NCBI GenBank assembly: GCA_964016885.1
Contig: OZ024743.1
Location: 88,660,001 to 88,724,000, forward strand
Origin: Eledone cirrhosa
Lineage: Eukaryota
Length of the DNA: 64,000 bases
Reading direction: 5' to 3'
The notes under the pieces were generated by a model. That model ran no database searches. It was not told the origin of the DNA and saw only the letters and a list, made by a program, of their open reading frames with translations. Each line of letters begins with the position of its first letter. Position 1 is the first letter of the stretch. Positions 1 through 13,100 of the stretch are shown in pieces. A program made the position numbers and the translations under genes.

Positions 1-41
1 TTGCTAAATCATTACAAGGAATTAAGAGTTAATGCTGCAAA

Positions 42-522
42 TTTTCACAGTGGTCAGTCCACCAGCAAAGATATAAATATTTCACAGTGGTCAGTCCACC
101 AGCAAAGATATATTTCACAGTGGTCAGTCCACTAGTAACGATACTATAAATATTTCAGTGGTCAGTCCACTAATAAAGATATTATAAATATTTCACAGTG
201 GTCAGTCAACTAGTAAAGATATAAATATTTCACAGTGGTCAGTCCACTAGTAAAGATATAAATATTTCACAGTGGTCAGTCAACTAGTAAAGATACTATA
301 AATATTTCAGTGGTCAGTCGACTAGTAAAGATATTATAAATATTTCAGTGGTCAGTCCACTAATAAAGATAGTATAAATATTTCAGTGGTCAGTCCACCA
401 GTAAAGATATAAATATTTCACAGTGGTCAGTCCACCAGTAAAGATATAAATATTTCACAGACCAGTAAAGACACTATATATTTCACAGTGGTCAGTCTAC
501 CTGTAAAGATACTATAAATATT
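42..522. repeat. Minisatellite, ~35-41 bp unit (aaatatttcacagtggtcagtccactagtaaagatat), ~12 copies
   Basis: Recurrent cagtggtcagtc core every ~38 bp. Confidence 0.9.
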
Positions 523-577
523 TAAATTAACAAACCTTTTTTCTAGATACTAGAATTTTTTTCAACACGCTGACATG

Positions 578-614
<37 letters not shown>

Positions 615-1874
615 ATACATTTATATGTATGAGTATATAAATATAAACGCACAAACACAGACACTTACAAAAATACACACTCACATTCACACAAAAACAC
701 ATACATTCACACATTCATTCATACAAACACACACACATACTCACACACAGCGTAACAAATGGAATGCCAGCTGCTGTTTTGCTATAGTTTTTTCACCCTT
801 CCTTGTGTGATGGACAGAAGTCGCTCAAATTTATATATAAATTTTCTGCTAGACCATTGCAGAATATTAAGAATTAAACAAAGTTATGAAAGTTCTAGAT
901 TCTTTATATAACGCTATATACAGATATTTTTATGACTAGTTTCAAATATCTATGCAGTAAAAAGGAAAACGGTCATTTAAAAAAAAAATTTCTTATTGAA
1001 TTTTTTAAGACAATCATATTTAATTTTATATAATTTAAATTTAACAAAAATTATCCAAAGAGCCAATTGTATTCAAGAAGCTTTAAGCAAATTTTGAATT
1101 TTTGATAGTATGTTGATGTAATTTGTTTCAACGTAGTTTTTTTGACTATGAAAAATAGTCAAATAATTTAGGTATACTGTCCATTTTCTTTTGTCACTAG
1201 AAGCTTATATGCCCAATTTTTTTTACTATTTCTTTATAGTAAAAAATCTTACGTTGAAGCAGCTTCAGGTCCCAAATAATAGCGGGGTTAGGGTGGGGTT
1301 TTGGACATTTGCTTAAATTCTTATAAGCGAGATGTGGGGTGTGTGTGGAATAGACGAGGCATTAGGAAATTGGTAACTGTATGTTCGTGAATATGGGATT
1401 TCTTGTAATCCCATTTCTTGTCAATTTTTTTGGTCATATATAATGTTTTTTTAATGTAAAATAAAATTATCATTAAATCCTCCAGCTGCTGTACCACTGA
1501 AGTACAATCAAATTTTGCCGGAGATAGATTAGAAAAAATTTAAAGAAAAAATCTAAACAGTCTTTCTCTGCTGAAACCAAAATCAAAAGTAAATAAAATA
1601 TACATTCCTAAACATTTGTTTATATTTTTTCTTTTCTTTTCTTGCATCAAACATATCCTATGATGTTGAGTGAGAAGATAGTAAGTCTCTATCCCAGAGA
1701 ACTGAGTTTCACTTCATTGGTTGATTGAGTTGGGGTTGGGGTAGGGGCAGGGAGTGCATTTTAGTTTTAACTGTGATTCAATATTTTACTTGCTGTCATT
1801 ATCGTCATCGTCATCCTCATCATCATTTTTATCATCACTATCATCATCACCATCATTATTGCCACATCATTGTC

Positions 1875-2312
1875 AACCAGCCCACCCTGTAAAATAGGTG
1901 GGTTGGTGATGACAAAAGTGCCCAGTCCACCCTGTAGTGTGGTCATGTTAGCAACACGACAGCCTTGTAAAGTGGTTGTGATAGATTCATGACAAAAGCA
2001 CCCAGTCCAACCTGCAAAGGGGTTGTGATGGATAAAAGTGGCTGTTTTGGTGACAAGCATCCAGTCCACACTTTGGTGTCACAACAAAAACTCTCAGTCC
2101 ACACTGTAAAGTGGTCATGTAGGTGTCATGACAAAAAGTGCCCACTCAACACTGTAACTATGGTTGGCATTAGGAAGGGCATCCAACTGTAGAAACAAAG
2201 CCAGAAACAGTTCTGTATGAGCAAGACATGTGACCTGACTTGACTCACAACGGGTCAACTTGTCTAATCCATGCCAGCATGGAAAAATGGTCATTAAATG
2301 GTGATGATGACC
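1875..2312 (+). mobile_element. SINE-like family 2 (internal ~45-bp tandem units, RTE-like 3' tail ending in (GAT)n)
   Basis: Repeated cacccagtccacactgtaaagtggt units, then ttaggaagggcatcca and ccatgccagcatggaaaaatgg..ttaaatggtgatgatg. The same layout recurs more than 10 times in the window. Confidence 0.75.
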
Positions 2313-2344
2313 ATGTGTGTGTGTGTGTGTGTGCGTTACACACT

Positions 2345-4925
2345 AATTTATAATAATAATAATAATGAAATATTGTGTACAGTGCTCAGGTGCACTACAA
2401 CTCATCAAAAAGTGTATGTATAGTACATAGGGTAATGTACAAACATCAGGAAAATGAACAGTGCATGAGTCATGATACACACGTGTGCATGTGTATAGAA
2501 GGGGTACATCAGGTGTAGTTTTGGCGTATTTCGGGAAGCATGAGTGTCTTAAAGGATGCAGTGTCTCGGCAGCTAACAACTGACGCAGGCAGTTTGTTCC
2601 ATGCTTCAGCAACTCTGAGCGTGAAAAAATGTCTACGAAAGTCATGGGAGCTGTGCTGTTTTCAGATTTTGTAGGCATGTCCACGTGTGTTAGACACATG
2701 GAGATCAAAAAGGTGTTCAGGGTTGCAATTGGCGAGATGGTTAATAACTTTGTGGGTATTTACCAAGTCCATTGCCAGACGTCGGAGCTTCAATGAATCC
2801 ATGCCCAGGGAAGCAAGGCGTTCAGAGTATGGTAGGTGTCTGATGGAGGGTATGCGCTTGGTTGCACGTCTCTGAACAGTTTCCAGGAGGTCAATGTTCT
2901 GAGTAAGATAGGGGTTCCAGACTGATGATGCGAATTCCAAGTGTGGTCGTACCATAGCTGTATACAGTTTTAAATAGATGGCTGGAGAGCGGCTAACAAA
3001 GGTCTTGCTGAGTGATGCCAAGACACCCTTGGCCTTCTTGACAATCTTAGAGACATGCTTTGTCCAACGCAAATCGCTGCTGACAGTAATACCCAGGTCA
3101 CGTTCACAAGAGGACTTCTTGATATCAGTGTTGTGGAGGGAGTATGTGGACGCTGGATTTTTCCTCCCAAAATGCATGGTGGTACACTTGTCCACAGCCA
3201 GCTTCAGTTGCCAGTCTGTGATCCATTGCTGCATTGTGTCCAGGTCTGATTGTAGGAAAGAGTTGTAGATTTCAGGATCAGTCCTTTTGATTTCAAGGTA
3301 CAGCTTGATGTCATCTGCATATTTCAGTACCGTGGCATTCTGTAAGTTGGCATCTATGTCATTAATATATGCCACAAACAAAAGGGGACCAAGAACAGAT
3401 CCCTGTGGTACACCAGGTGACATCTCATATGGTGAAGAATGCTGTCCTAGAACCGTGACTACTTCTTTTCGGCTGAGAATGAAGGATTTCAACCAGTCGA
3501 AAAGATCATCCCTCACACCCATTGCAGAGAGTTTTGCCATAAGTCTTTTGTGTGGCACAGAATTAAAAGCCTTAGCAAAGTCAAGGTAAACAACATCCAC
3601 CCATGAGCCGCTGTCAGTGATCCGGGTGATGTCTTCAAGGAACTCGATAAGCTGATCACAGCAGCTGGAGTTAGGGATAAATCCAAACTGTGAGGGCCGG
3701 ATGAGGCTGTGAGAGCTCCAGAAGTTCCAAAGTGTTTCTCTGACACAGGATTCCATCAGTTTGGCCATACAGCTAGTAAGACTGACTGGACGATAGTTGA
3801 CAGGTGACATGTGGTTGCCCTTTTTGAACAGGGGAATGACACTGGCAGTTTTCCACTGCTCCGGAGTAGCACCATTGTTGAGACAGTACTGAAAGAAGAA
3901 AGAAAGCTGGCGCAAAAGGAAATATCCGCCACGTTTGAGAAGCAGGTATGTCACACCGTCAAGACCAGGGGAGGCATAGTTGCGCTTATTCTTAAGGTGA
4001 CGTCGCAACATTGCAGGTGTAAATTCCATAGTTGTTATGGAATTTGATGTTAGAGATGGTGGAGATGGTACATTCTGGTTTTCAACAGTAAAAATACTTG
4101 CATAGCACTCAGTAATGAGTTCTACGCATTCTTTGGGATCGTCAGTGATCTGGCTTGTGTGGGGATTGCGAAGAGGACCAACTGGAGAGTGAGGTCTCTG
4201 CTTTGAATGAACATATTTTCAGAACACCTTACTGTCAGGATTGGTTGCTATGCACTGTTCAAATTCAAGCACTGCCTTCTTTGTCACTTGCTTGAGATGG
4301 TTAGAAGATTTATTCCGCTTTTTTCTGTTGGCATCTGATTTATGCAGTTTATATTCCTGTTCAGCGTTCCGACGTTCTTTCCTGGCAAGTCGGACCACTG
4401 AAGTTTCCCAAATTGCACTTTTGGGGTGGTTTTTTTTCTGCTTACGTGGCACCGATGCTGCACACACTATCCATATTGAGTCCAGGATGCTCTGGAGTAT
4501 AGTGTTCACATCTCCAGAGTTATACATCTCATGCCAGTTTGGGCACTGTAGCTCAGTGCAGTACAAGTTCCAATCCACTTTCTTCCAATCAAAGCAAGCA
4601 GATTGGAGATGGCTCTGGTTTTTGTTGCTGCCCGCAAGTGCCAGATTGGCAATGATCATAGCATGATCAGAGTCGCCTAGAGGTTCCTCAGTAGTACAAC
4701 TGATAACCACTTCAGGAGTAGTGGTGAAGATCAGGTTCAAAGTGTTGTCACCTCTTGTTGGAGAGGTGACTACTTGTGACCAGTTTGAGTCCAGCACTAG
4801 TTCAAGGAAATCGTTTGCACCTTGTGGCCAACGAAAGGTTTCCCAATCGATCTCAGGATGATTGAAGTCACCTGCAATAAACACATAAGTGGCTGTTTTC
4901 TTGGCAGCAACTCTGAGGATATCGC
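2345..4925 (-). mobile_element. 5'-truncated CR1/L2-group LINE with ORF2 (APE endonuclease C-half + RT) and (ATT)n tail
   Basis: APE motifs AGDFNHPEIDW, TRGDNTLNLIF, GDSDH. RT motifs NYRPVSLTS, YLDFAKAF, GVPQGSVLGPLLF, YADD. CR1-type C-terminus TRGH..RHFF..RV.EAWNKLP. 3' (TAA)n on + strand at 2350. Confidence 0.95.
2510..4890 (-). pseudogene. CR1-type ORF2 pseudogene: one frame with two premature TGA stops (4219-4221, 2662-2664)
   Basis: ORFs 4219..4884 and 2662..4029 are in frame and joined by 63 stop-free codons (KVF*KYVHSKQR..). The frame continues past 2662 as KQHSSHDFRRHFFTLRVAEAWNKLP. Confidence 0.9.
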
Positions 4926-4929
4926 AAAG

Positions 4930-5520
4930 CTGTTTATCAACTATATATCCCCCATTGAAATCAATAACATTCTTCCAATGCTGTAAGGCATTTTTTATGA
5001 CCTTCCTACAGAAATCAGACAGTTTTGAGGGAGGAAATCACATAGGTTCATTTCAAGTGTCTCTAAATAATTGTACTCTTTTCCATTAATAAAATGTTGC
5101 AAACTTTGGAATAATCTGAAGGAGCAAGGTCAGGAGAATATGGTGGATGTGGAAATCTTTCCCAGCCAAGTTTTTTAATCTTGGAATATGTAATTCTTGT
5201 ACTATGAGGTCGATGTGATAACATCCTTTTTTTCTTTCAATTTTTCATTAAGTTATTCACAGTACATTTGAGTTTTGATTGGTTTTGTGACAAGGTTTAA
5301 ACATGTATTACACCTGTCATATCCTACTAAACATGTAACAAGGTCTTCTGAGGATGAAGATCTTGTTTCGGGTGAGGTTTTGTTTGTTGTCTTGATTGAA
5401 CCCACTACTGTAGGCATCTAACATTCTTATAGAGCATCCACTTTTCATCACCAGTTACTAGACATTTAAAAAATAGAGAGTTGCATTCTTGAGAATGAAG
5501 AGCAGTGGAAATGTTGATGC
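4930..5520 (-). mobile_element. Degenerate mariner (Tc1/mariner) transposase remnant
   Basis: Minus-strand VTGDEKWMLYKN (~5425-5460), GWERFPHPPYSPDLAPSDY (~5110-5167) and mariner-like C-terminus HWKNVIDFNGGY (~4945-4980). Confidence 0.88.
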
Positions 5521-5524
5521 ATGG

Positions 5525-5670
5525 TCTTGCTTGGGGATCCAGCTGGATCAATTGGAGATGGTTGCTTCTGACAGGATCCACTGGAAGGAGTGTTTGAGGA
5601 CTCTGCCTCCACAACCCTCTCAGGAATAAGTGGCTGAAGAAGATGACGATGGCGAAGAAGAAGAATTTCA
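5525..5670 (+). mobile_element. 3' end of RTE-like LINE with (GAA)n tail
   Basis: LEMVASDRIHWKECLRTL...ccctctcaggaataag then gaagaag; homologous to the minus copy at 50600-50960. Confidence 0.6.
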
Positions 5671-6810
5671 AAGAAAAGTTTTGAAATATTTGGGAAATTT
5701 TTTGAGATAATTTTGACTAAAATATTTTACAAACTTTTTATGAAATTTTTTTGATGAAAGTTTAAAGAAAAGTTTTGAACATTTTTGAGAAAAAATGTTG
5801 AAGAAAATTGTGAAGAATGTTTTCTCTTTACACATTAAAATTCTTACTTTTGCATAATCTGAACAATCGTTTTGTTCTCTCTTTCTCTTTTCTCACTGTG
5901 GCCACCAACACCAACACCTCCACCACATCACCATTATCTTTTCTATCATCATCTCCATTATGATGACTGCAAGAAATTTTGAATTGTTTCTATTCAAATG
6001 TAAATTTGAATAAAACTACAATGAAATAAATGTGTTTTAGTGATGGAGTGTAACACAGCATGCAGATAGTTATATTTAAAAGATAATATAAAGTGAGGTG
6101 TATAATGTTCCAAAACTGTTAATCCAATAATTAGTGATTTTATTATTGTTAAATATTTTACAAAAAATCTGAAAAAATTTTAAATAAAATTTTGATTTTT
6201 AAAAAAATTTTTGGGAATATCATTTTAGGAAACCTTTGGAATTTTAGAAAAAAGTTAAAAAAGTTTTAAAAAAATTCGAGGAAACTTTTAGCAAAATTTT
6301 TGAGACAATTTCAACTAAAATATTTGAGAAATTTTTTTTCTGAAAGTTTTCGGAAAAGTGAAAAATTTTAAGAAAAATGTTGAAAATTTTGATGAAGAAT
6401 TTTGAAAAATTTGGAGAAAAAGTTAAGAAAATTCTAATGAATATTTTGTTTTTACACACTACAAATGTTACTTTTGCATAACCTGAACAATCATTCTTTG
6501 TCTCCTTCCTCACCTGGTGGCCACCACCACCTCCACTACATCACCATAATCTCCTCTATCATCACCGCCACTACTATCAGAGAAAAACATTTTATGCTGT
6601 TTCGATTCAAACGTAAATTTGAATAAAAAAAAATAAAAAATAAATTTAGCAATAGAGGGTAATAGCATGCAGATGGTGAGATTTGAAACATAACTTAAAG
6701 TGAAGGTGTGTAATGGATCAAAACTGTTTATCAGATGATTAGTGTTTCTTAAATAATTTACAAAAATGTCCTCAAATATTTCTCCAAAAATTTTCCTCAA
6801 AATAAAAAAA
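5670..6810. repeat. Old diverged tandem duplication, ~600-bp AT-rich unit x2
   Basis: ttacttttgcataa.ctgaacaatc..gtggccacca..cacctccac..gcatgcagat..caaaactgtt at ~5845-6120 and ~6468-6730. Confidence 0.75.
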
Positions 6811-7139
6811 AATGTCTTTAAAAATTAACCCCTTAGCATTTAAATCGGTCATAGCCAGAATTCCTTCACCTCTTTCTGTTAAAATCGACTGTAAGTAGCG
6901 ACTCATACTGATGTTAAGATATTGTTCTCAAAATAAATAATATCAAAATCTCATAGACTCGATATTAAAGTGTTTACCATAAAAATAGAATAGTAAAAAT
7001 AAAGTAATGAATAAATTAAAGAGTTTAAAAAATGTCCCATTATTTTTCTCATCAAAATGTTTCCGAAACAATTTCAGCAACAATTTCAGCAAAAATAATC
7101 TCAAACGTTTTCCTGACACTTTTTGTTTTTCCTCCTGTT

Positions 7140-10100
7140 TGCTCTCCTTTCTCTCATTCTCCTACCCCTTGATCTCCCTTTCTCTCATTCTCCTACCGCT
7201 TGATCTCTCTTTCTCTCATTCTCCTACCCCTTGATCTCCCTTTCTCTTATTCTCCTACCCCTTGATCTCTCTTTCTCTCATTCTCCTACCCCTTGGTCTC
7301 TCTTTCTCTCATTCTCCTACCCCTTGATCTCTCTTTCTCTCATTCTCCTACCACTTGATCTCTCATTCTCTCATTCTCCTACCCCTTGATCTCTCTTTCT
7401 CACATTCTCCTACCCCTTGATCTCTCTTTCTCTCATTCTCCTACCCCTTGATCTCCCTTTCTCTCATTCTCCTACCCCTTGATCTCTCATTCTCATACCC
7501 CTTGATCTCTCATTCTCCTACCCCTTGATCTCTCTTTCTCTCATTCTCCTACCCCTTGATCTCTCTTTCTCTCATTCTCCTACCCCTTGATCTCTCTTTC
7601 TCTTATTCTCCTACCCCTTGATCTCTCTTTCTCTCATTCTCCTACCCCTTGATCTCTCTTTCTCTCATTCTCCTACCCCTTGATCTCCCTTTCTCTCATT
7701 CTCCTACCCCTTGATCTCCCTTTCTCTTATTCTCCTACCCCCTGATCTCTCTTTCTCTCATTCTCCTACCCCTTGATCTCCCTTTCTCTTATTCTCCTAC
7801 CCCTTGATCTCTCTTTCTCTTATTTTCCTACCCCTTGATCTCTCTTTCTCTCATTCTCCTGCCCCTTGATCTCCATTTCTCTCATTCTCCTACCCCTTGA
7901 TCTCTCTTTCTCTCATTCTCCTGCCCCTTGATCTCCATTTCTCTCATTCTCCTACCCCTTGATCTCTCTTTCTCTCATTCTCCTACCCCTTGATCTCTCT
8001 TTCTCTCATTCTCTTACCCCTTGATCTCCCTTTCTCTCATTCTCCTACCCCTTAATCTCTCTTTCTCTCATTCTCCTATCCCTTGATCTCTCATTCTCTC
8101 ATTCTCCTACCCCTTGATCTCTCTTTCTCTTATTCTCCTACCCCTTGATCTTTCTTTCTCTCATTCTCCTACCCCTTGATCTCTCTTTCTCTCATTCTCC
8201 TACCCCTTGATCTCTCTTTCTCTCATTCTCCTACCCCTTGACCTTTCTTTCTCTCATTCTCCTATCCCTTGATCTCTCTTTCTCTCATTCTCCTACCCCT
8301 TGATCTCTCTTTCTCTCATTCTCCTACCCCTTGATCTCTCTTTCTCTTATTCTCCTATCCCTTAATCTCCCTTTCTCTCATTCTCCTACCCCTTGATCTC
8401 TCTTTCTCTCATTCTCCTACCCCTTGATCTCTCTTTCTCTCATTCTCCTACACCTTGATCTCTCTTTCTCTTATTCTCCTACCCCTTGATCTCCCATTCT
8501 CTCATTCTCCTACACCTTGATCTCTTATTCTCCTACCCCTTGATCTCTCTTTCTCTCATTCTCCTGCCCCTTGATCTCCATTTTTCTCATTCTCCTACCC
8601 CTTGATCTCTCTTTCACTCATTCTCCTACCCCTTCATCTCTCTTTCTCTCATTCTCCTGCCCCTTGATCTCCATTTCTCTCATTCTCCTACCCCTTGATC
8701 TCTCTTTCTCTCATTCTCCTACCCCTTGATCTCTCTTTCTCTCATTCTCTTACCCCTTGATCTCCCTTTCTCTCATTCTCCTACCCCGTAATCTCTCTTT
8801 CTCTCATTCTCCTATCCCTTGATCTCTCATTCTCTCATTCTCCTACCCCTTGATCTCTCTTTCTCTTATTCTCCTACCCCTTGATCTTTCTTTCTCTCAT
8901 TCTCCTACCCCTTGATCTCTCTTTCTCTCATTCTCCTACCCCTTGATCTCTCTTTCTCTCATTCTCCTACCCCTTGATCTTTCTTTCTCTCATTCTCCTA
9001 CCCCTTGATCTCTCTTTCTCTCATTCTCCTACCCCTTGATCTCTCTTTCTCTCATTCTCCTACCCCTTGATCTCTCTTTCTCTTATTCTCCTATCCCTTA
9101 ATCTCCCTTTCTCTCATTCTCCTACCCCTTGATCTCTCTTTCTCTCATTCTCCTACCACTTGATCTCTCTTTCTCTCATTCTCCTACCCCTTGATCTCTC
9201 TTTCTCTCATTCTCCTACCCCTTGATCTCTCTTTCTCTCATTCTCCTACCCCTTGATCTCTCTTTCTCTTATTCTCCTACCACTTGATCTCCCTTTCTCT
9301 CATTCTCCTACCCCTTGATCTCCCATTCTCTCATTCTCCTACACCTTGATCTCTCATTCTCCTACCCCTTGATCTCTCATTCTCCTACCCCTTGATCTCT
9401 CTTTCTCTCATTCTCCTAACCCTTGATCTCTCTTTCTCTCATTCTCCTACCCCTTGATCTCTCTTTCTCTCATTCTCCTACCCCTTGATCTCTCTTTCTC
9501 TCATTCTCCTACCCCTTGATCTCCCTTTCTCTCATTCTCCGACCCCTTGATCTCCCTTTCTCTCATTCTCCTACCCCTTGATCTCTCATTTCCCAACCCT
9601 TGATCTCTCATTCTCCTACCCCTTGATCTCTCTTTCTTTCATTCTCCTACCCCTTGATCTCCCATTCTCTCATTCTCCTACACCTTGATCTCTCATTCTC
9701 CTACCCCTTGATCTCTCATTCTCCTACCCCTTGATCTCTCTTTCTCTCATTCGCCTACCCATTGATCTCTCTGTGTCTCATTCTCCTGCCCCTTGATCTC
9801 CATTTCTCTCATTCTCCTACCCCTTGATCTCTCTTTCTCTCATTCTCCTACCCCTTGATCTCCCTTTCTCTCATTCTCCTACCCCTTGATCTCTCTTTCT
9901 CTCATTCTCCTACCCCTTGATCTCCCATTCTCTCATTCTCCTACACCTTGATCTCTCATTCTCCTACCCCTTGATCTCTCATTCTCCTACCCCTTGATCT
10001 CTCTTTCTCTCATTCTCCTACCTCTTGATCTCTCTTTCTCTCATTCTCCTACCCCTTGATCTCTCTTTCTCTCATTCTCCTACCCCTTGATCTCTCTTTC

Positions 10101-13100
10101 TCTCATTCTCCTACCCCTTGATCTCCCTTTCTCTCATTCTCCTACCCCTTGATCTCCCTTTCTCTCATTCTCCTACCCATTGATCTCTCATTTCCCAACC
10201 CTTGATCTCTCATTCTCCTACCCCTTGATCTCTCTTTCTCTCATTCTCCTACCCCTTGATCTCCCATTCTCTCATTCTCCTACACCTTGATCTCTCATTC
10301 TCCTACCCCTTGATCTCTCATTCTCTTACCCCTTGATCTCTCTTTCTCTCATTCTCCTACCCATTGATCTCTCTTTCTCTCATTCTCCTGCCCCTTGATC
10401 TCCATTTCTCTCATTCTCTTACCCCTTGATCTCTCTTTCTCTCATTCTCCTACCCCTTGATCTCCCTTTCTCTCATTCACCTACCCATTGATCTCTCTTT
10501 CTCTCATTCTCCTACCCCTTGATCTCCCTTTCTCTCATTCCCCTACCCCTTGATCTCTCTTTCCCTCATTCTCCTACCCGTTGATCTCCCTTTCTCTCAT
10601 TCCCCTACCCCTTGATCGCTCTTTCTCTAATTCTCCTACCCCTTGATCTCTCTTTCTCTCATTCTCCTGCCCCTTGATCTCCATTTCTCTCATTCTCCTA
10701 CCCGTTGATCTCTCTTTCTCTAATTCTCCTACCCCTTGATCTCTCTTTCTCTCATTCTCCTGCCCCTTGATCTCCATTTCTCTCATTCTCCTACCCCTTG
10801 ATCTCTCTTTCTCTCATTCTCCTACCCCTTGATCTCTCTTTCTCTCATTCTCCTACCCCTTGATCTCCCTTTCTCTCATTCTCCGACCCCTTGATCTCCC
10901 TTTCTCTCATTCTCCTACCCCTTGATCTCTCATTTCCCAACCCTTGATCTCTCATTCTCCTACCCCTTGATCTCTCTTTCTCTCATTCTCCTACCCCTTG
11001 ATCTCCCATTCTCTCATTCTCCTACACCTTGATCTCTCATTCTCCTACCCCTTGATCTCTCATTCTCCTACCCCTTGATCTCTCTTTCTCTCATTCGCCT
11101 ACCCATTGATCTCTCTTTCTCTCATTCTCCTGCCCCTTGATCTCCATTTCTCTCATTCTCCTACCCCTTGATCTCTCTTTCTCTCATTCTCCTACCCCTT
11201 GATCTCCCTTTCTCTCATTCTCCCACCCCTTGATCTCTCTTTCTCTCATTCTCCTACCCCTTGATCTCCCATTCTCTCATTCTCCTACACCTTGATCTCT
11301 CATTCTCCTACCCCTTGATCTCTCATTCTCCTACCCCTTGATCTCTCTTTCTCTCATTCTCCTACCTCTTGATCTCTCTTTCTCTCATTCTCCTACCCCT
11401 TGATCTCTCTTTCTCTCATTCTCCTACCCCTTGATCTCTCTTTCTCTCATTCTCCTACCCCTTGATCTCCCTTTCTCTCATTCTCCTACCCCTTGATCTC
11501 CCTTTCTCTCATTCTCCTACCCATTGATCTCTCATTTCCCAACCCTTGATCTCTCATTCTCCTACCCCTTGATCTCTCTTTCTCTCATTCTCCTACCCCT
11601 TGATCTCCCATTCTCTCATTCTCCTACACCTTGATCTCTCATTCTCCTACCCCTTGATCTCTCATTCTCTTACCCCTTGATCTCTCTTTCTCTCATTCTC
11701 CTACCCATTGATCTCTCTTTCTCTCATTCTCCTGCCCCTTGATCTCCATTTCTCTCATTCTCTTACCCCTTGATCTCTCTTTCTCTCATTCTCCTACCCC
11801 TTGATCTCCCTTTCTCTCATTCACCTACCCATTGATCTCTCTTTCTCTCATTCTCCTACCCCTTGATCTCCCTTTCTCTCATTCCCCTACCCCTTGATCT
11901 CTCTTTCTCTCATTCTCCTACCCCTTGATCTCCCTTTCTCTCATTCCCCTACCCCTTGATCGCTCTTTCTCTAATTCTCCTACCCCTTGATCTCTCTTTC
12001 TCTCATTCTCCTGCCCCTTGATCTCCATTTCTCTCATTCTCCTACCCCTTGATCTCTCTTTCTCTCATTCTCCTACCCCTTGATCTCTCTTTCTCTCATT
12101 CTCCTACCCCTTGATCTCTCTTTCTCTCATTCTCCTACCCCTTGATCTCTCTTTCTCTTATTCTCCTATCCCTTAATCTCCCTTTCTCTCATTCTCCTAC
12201 CCCTTGATCTCCCTTTCTCTCATTCTCCTACCCCTTGATCTCTCTCTCTCATTCTCTTACCCCTTGATCTCCCATTCTCTCATTCTCCTACACCTTGATC
12301 TCTCATTCTCCTACCCCTTGATCTCTCTTTCTCTCATTCTCCTACCCCTTGATCTCTCTTTCTCTTATTCTCCTATCCCTTAATCTCCATTTCTCTCATT
12401 CTCCTACCCCTTGATCTCTCTTTCTCTCATTCTCCTACCCCTTGATCTCTCTTTCTCTCATTCTCCTACCCCTTGATTTCTCTTTCTCTCATTCTCCTAC
12501 CCTTTGATCTCTCTTTCTCTTATTCTCCTACCCCTTGATCTCCCTTTCTCTCATTCTCCTACCCCTTGATCTCCCTTTCTCTCATTCTCCTACCCCTTGA
12601 TCTCTCTTTCTCTCATTCTCCTACCCCTTGATCTCCCATTCTCTCATTCTCCTACCCCTTGATCTCTCATTCTCCTACCCCTTGATCTCTCATTCTCCTA
12701 CCCATTGATCTCTCTTTCTCTCATTCTCCTACCCCTTGATCTCTCTTTCTCTCATTCTCCTACCCTTTGATCTCCCTTTCTCTCATTCTCCTACCCCTTG
12801 ATCTCCCTTTCTCTCATTCTCCTACCCCTTGATCTCCCTTTCTCTTATTCTCCTACCCCTTGATCTCTCTTTCTCTCATTCTCCTACCCCTTGATCTCCC
12901 ATTCTCTCATTCTCCTACACCTTGATCTCTCATTCTCCTACCCCTTGATCTCTCATTCTCCTACCCCTTGATCTCTCTTTCTCTCATTCTCCTACCACTT
13001 GATCTCTCTTTTTCTCATTCTCCTACCCCTTGATCTCTCTTTCTCTCATTCTCCTACCCCTTGATCTCTCTTTCTCTCATTCTCCTACCCCTTGATCTCC

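Noticed and set aside
42-522. CRISPR-like regular repeat
   Set aside because: The intervening sequences are themselves near-identical, so this is a minisatellite; no cas genes, eukaryotic context.
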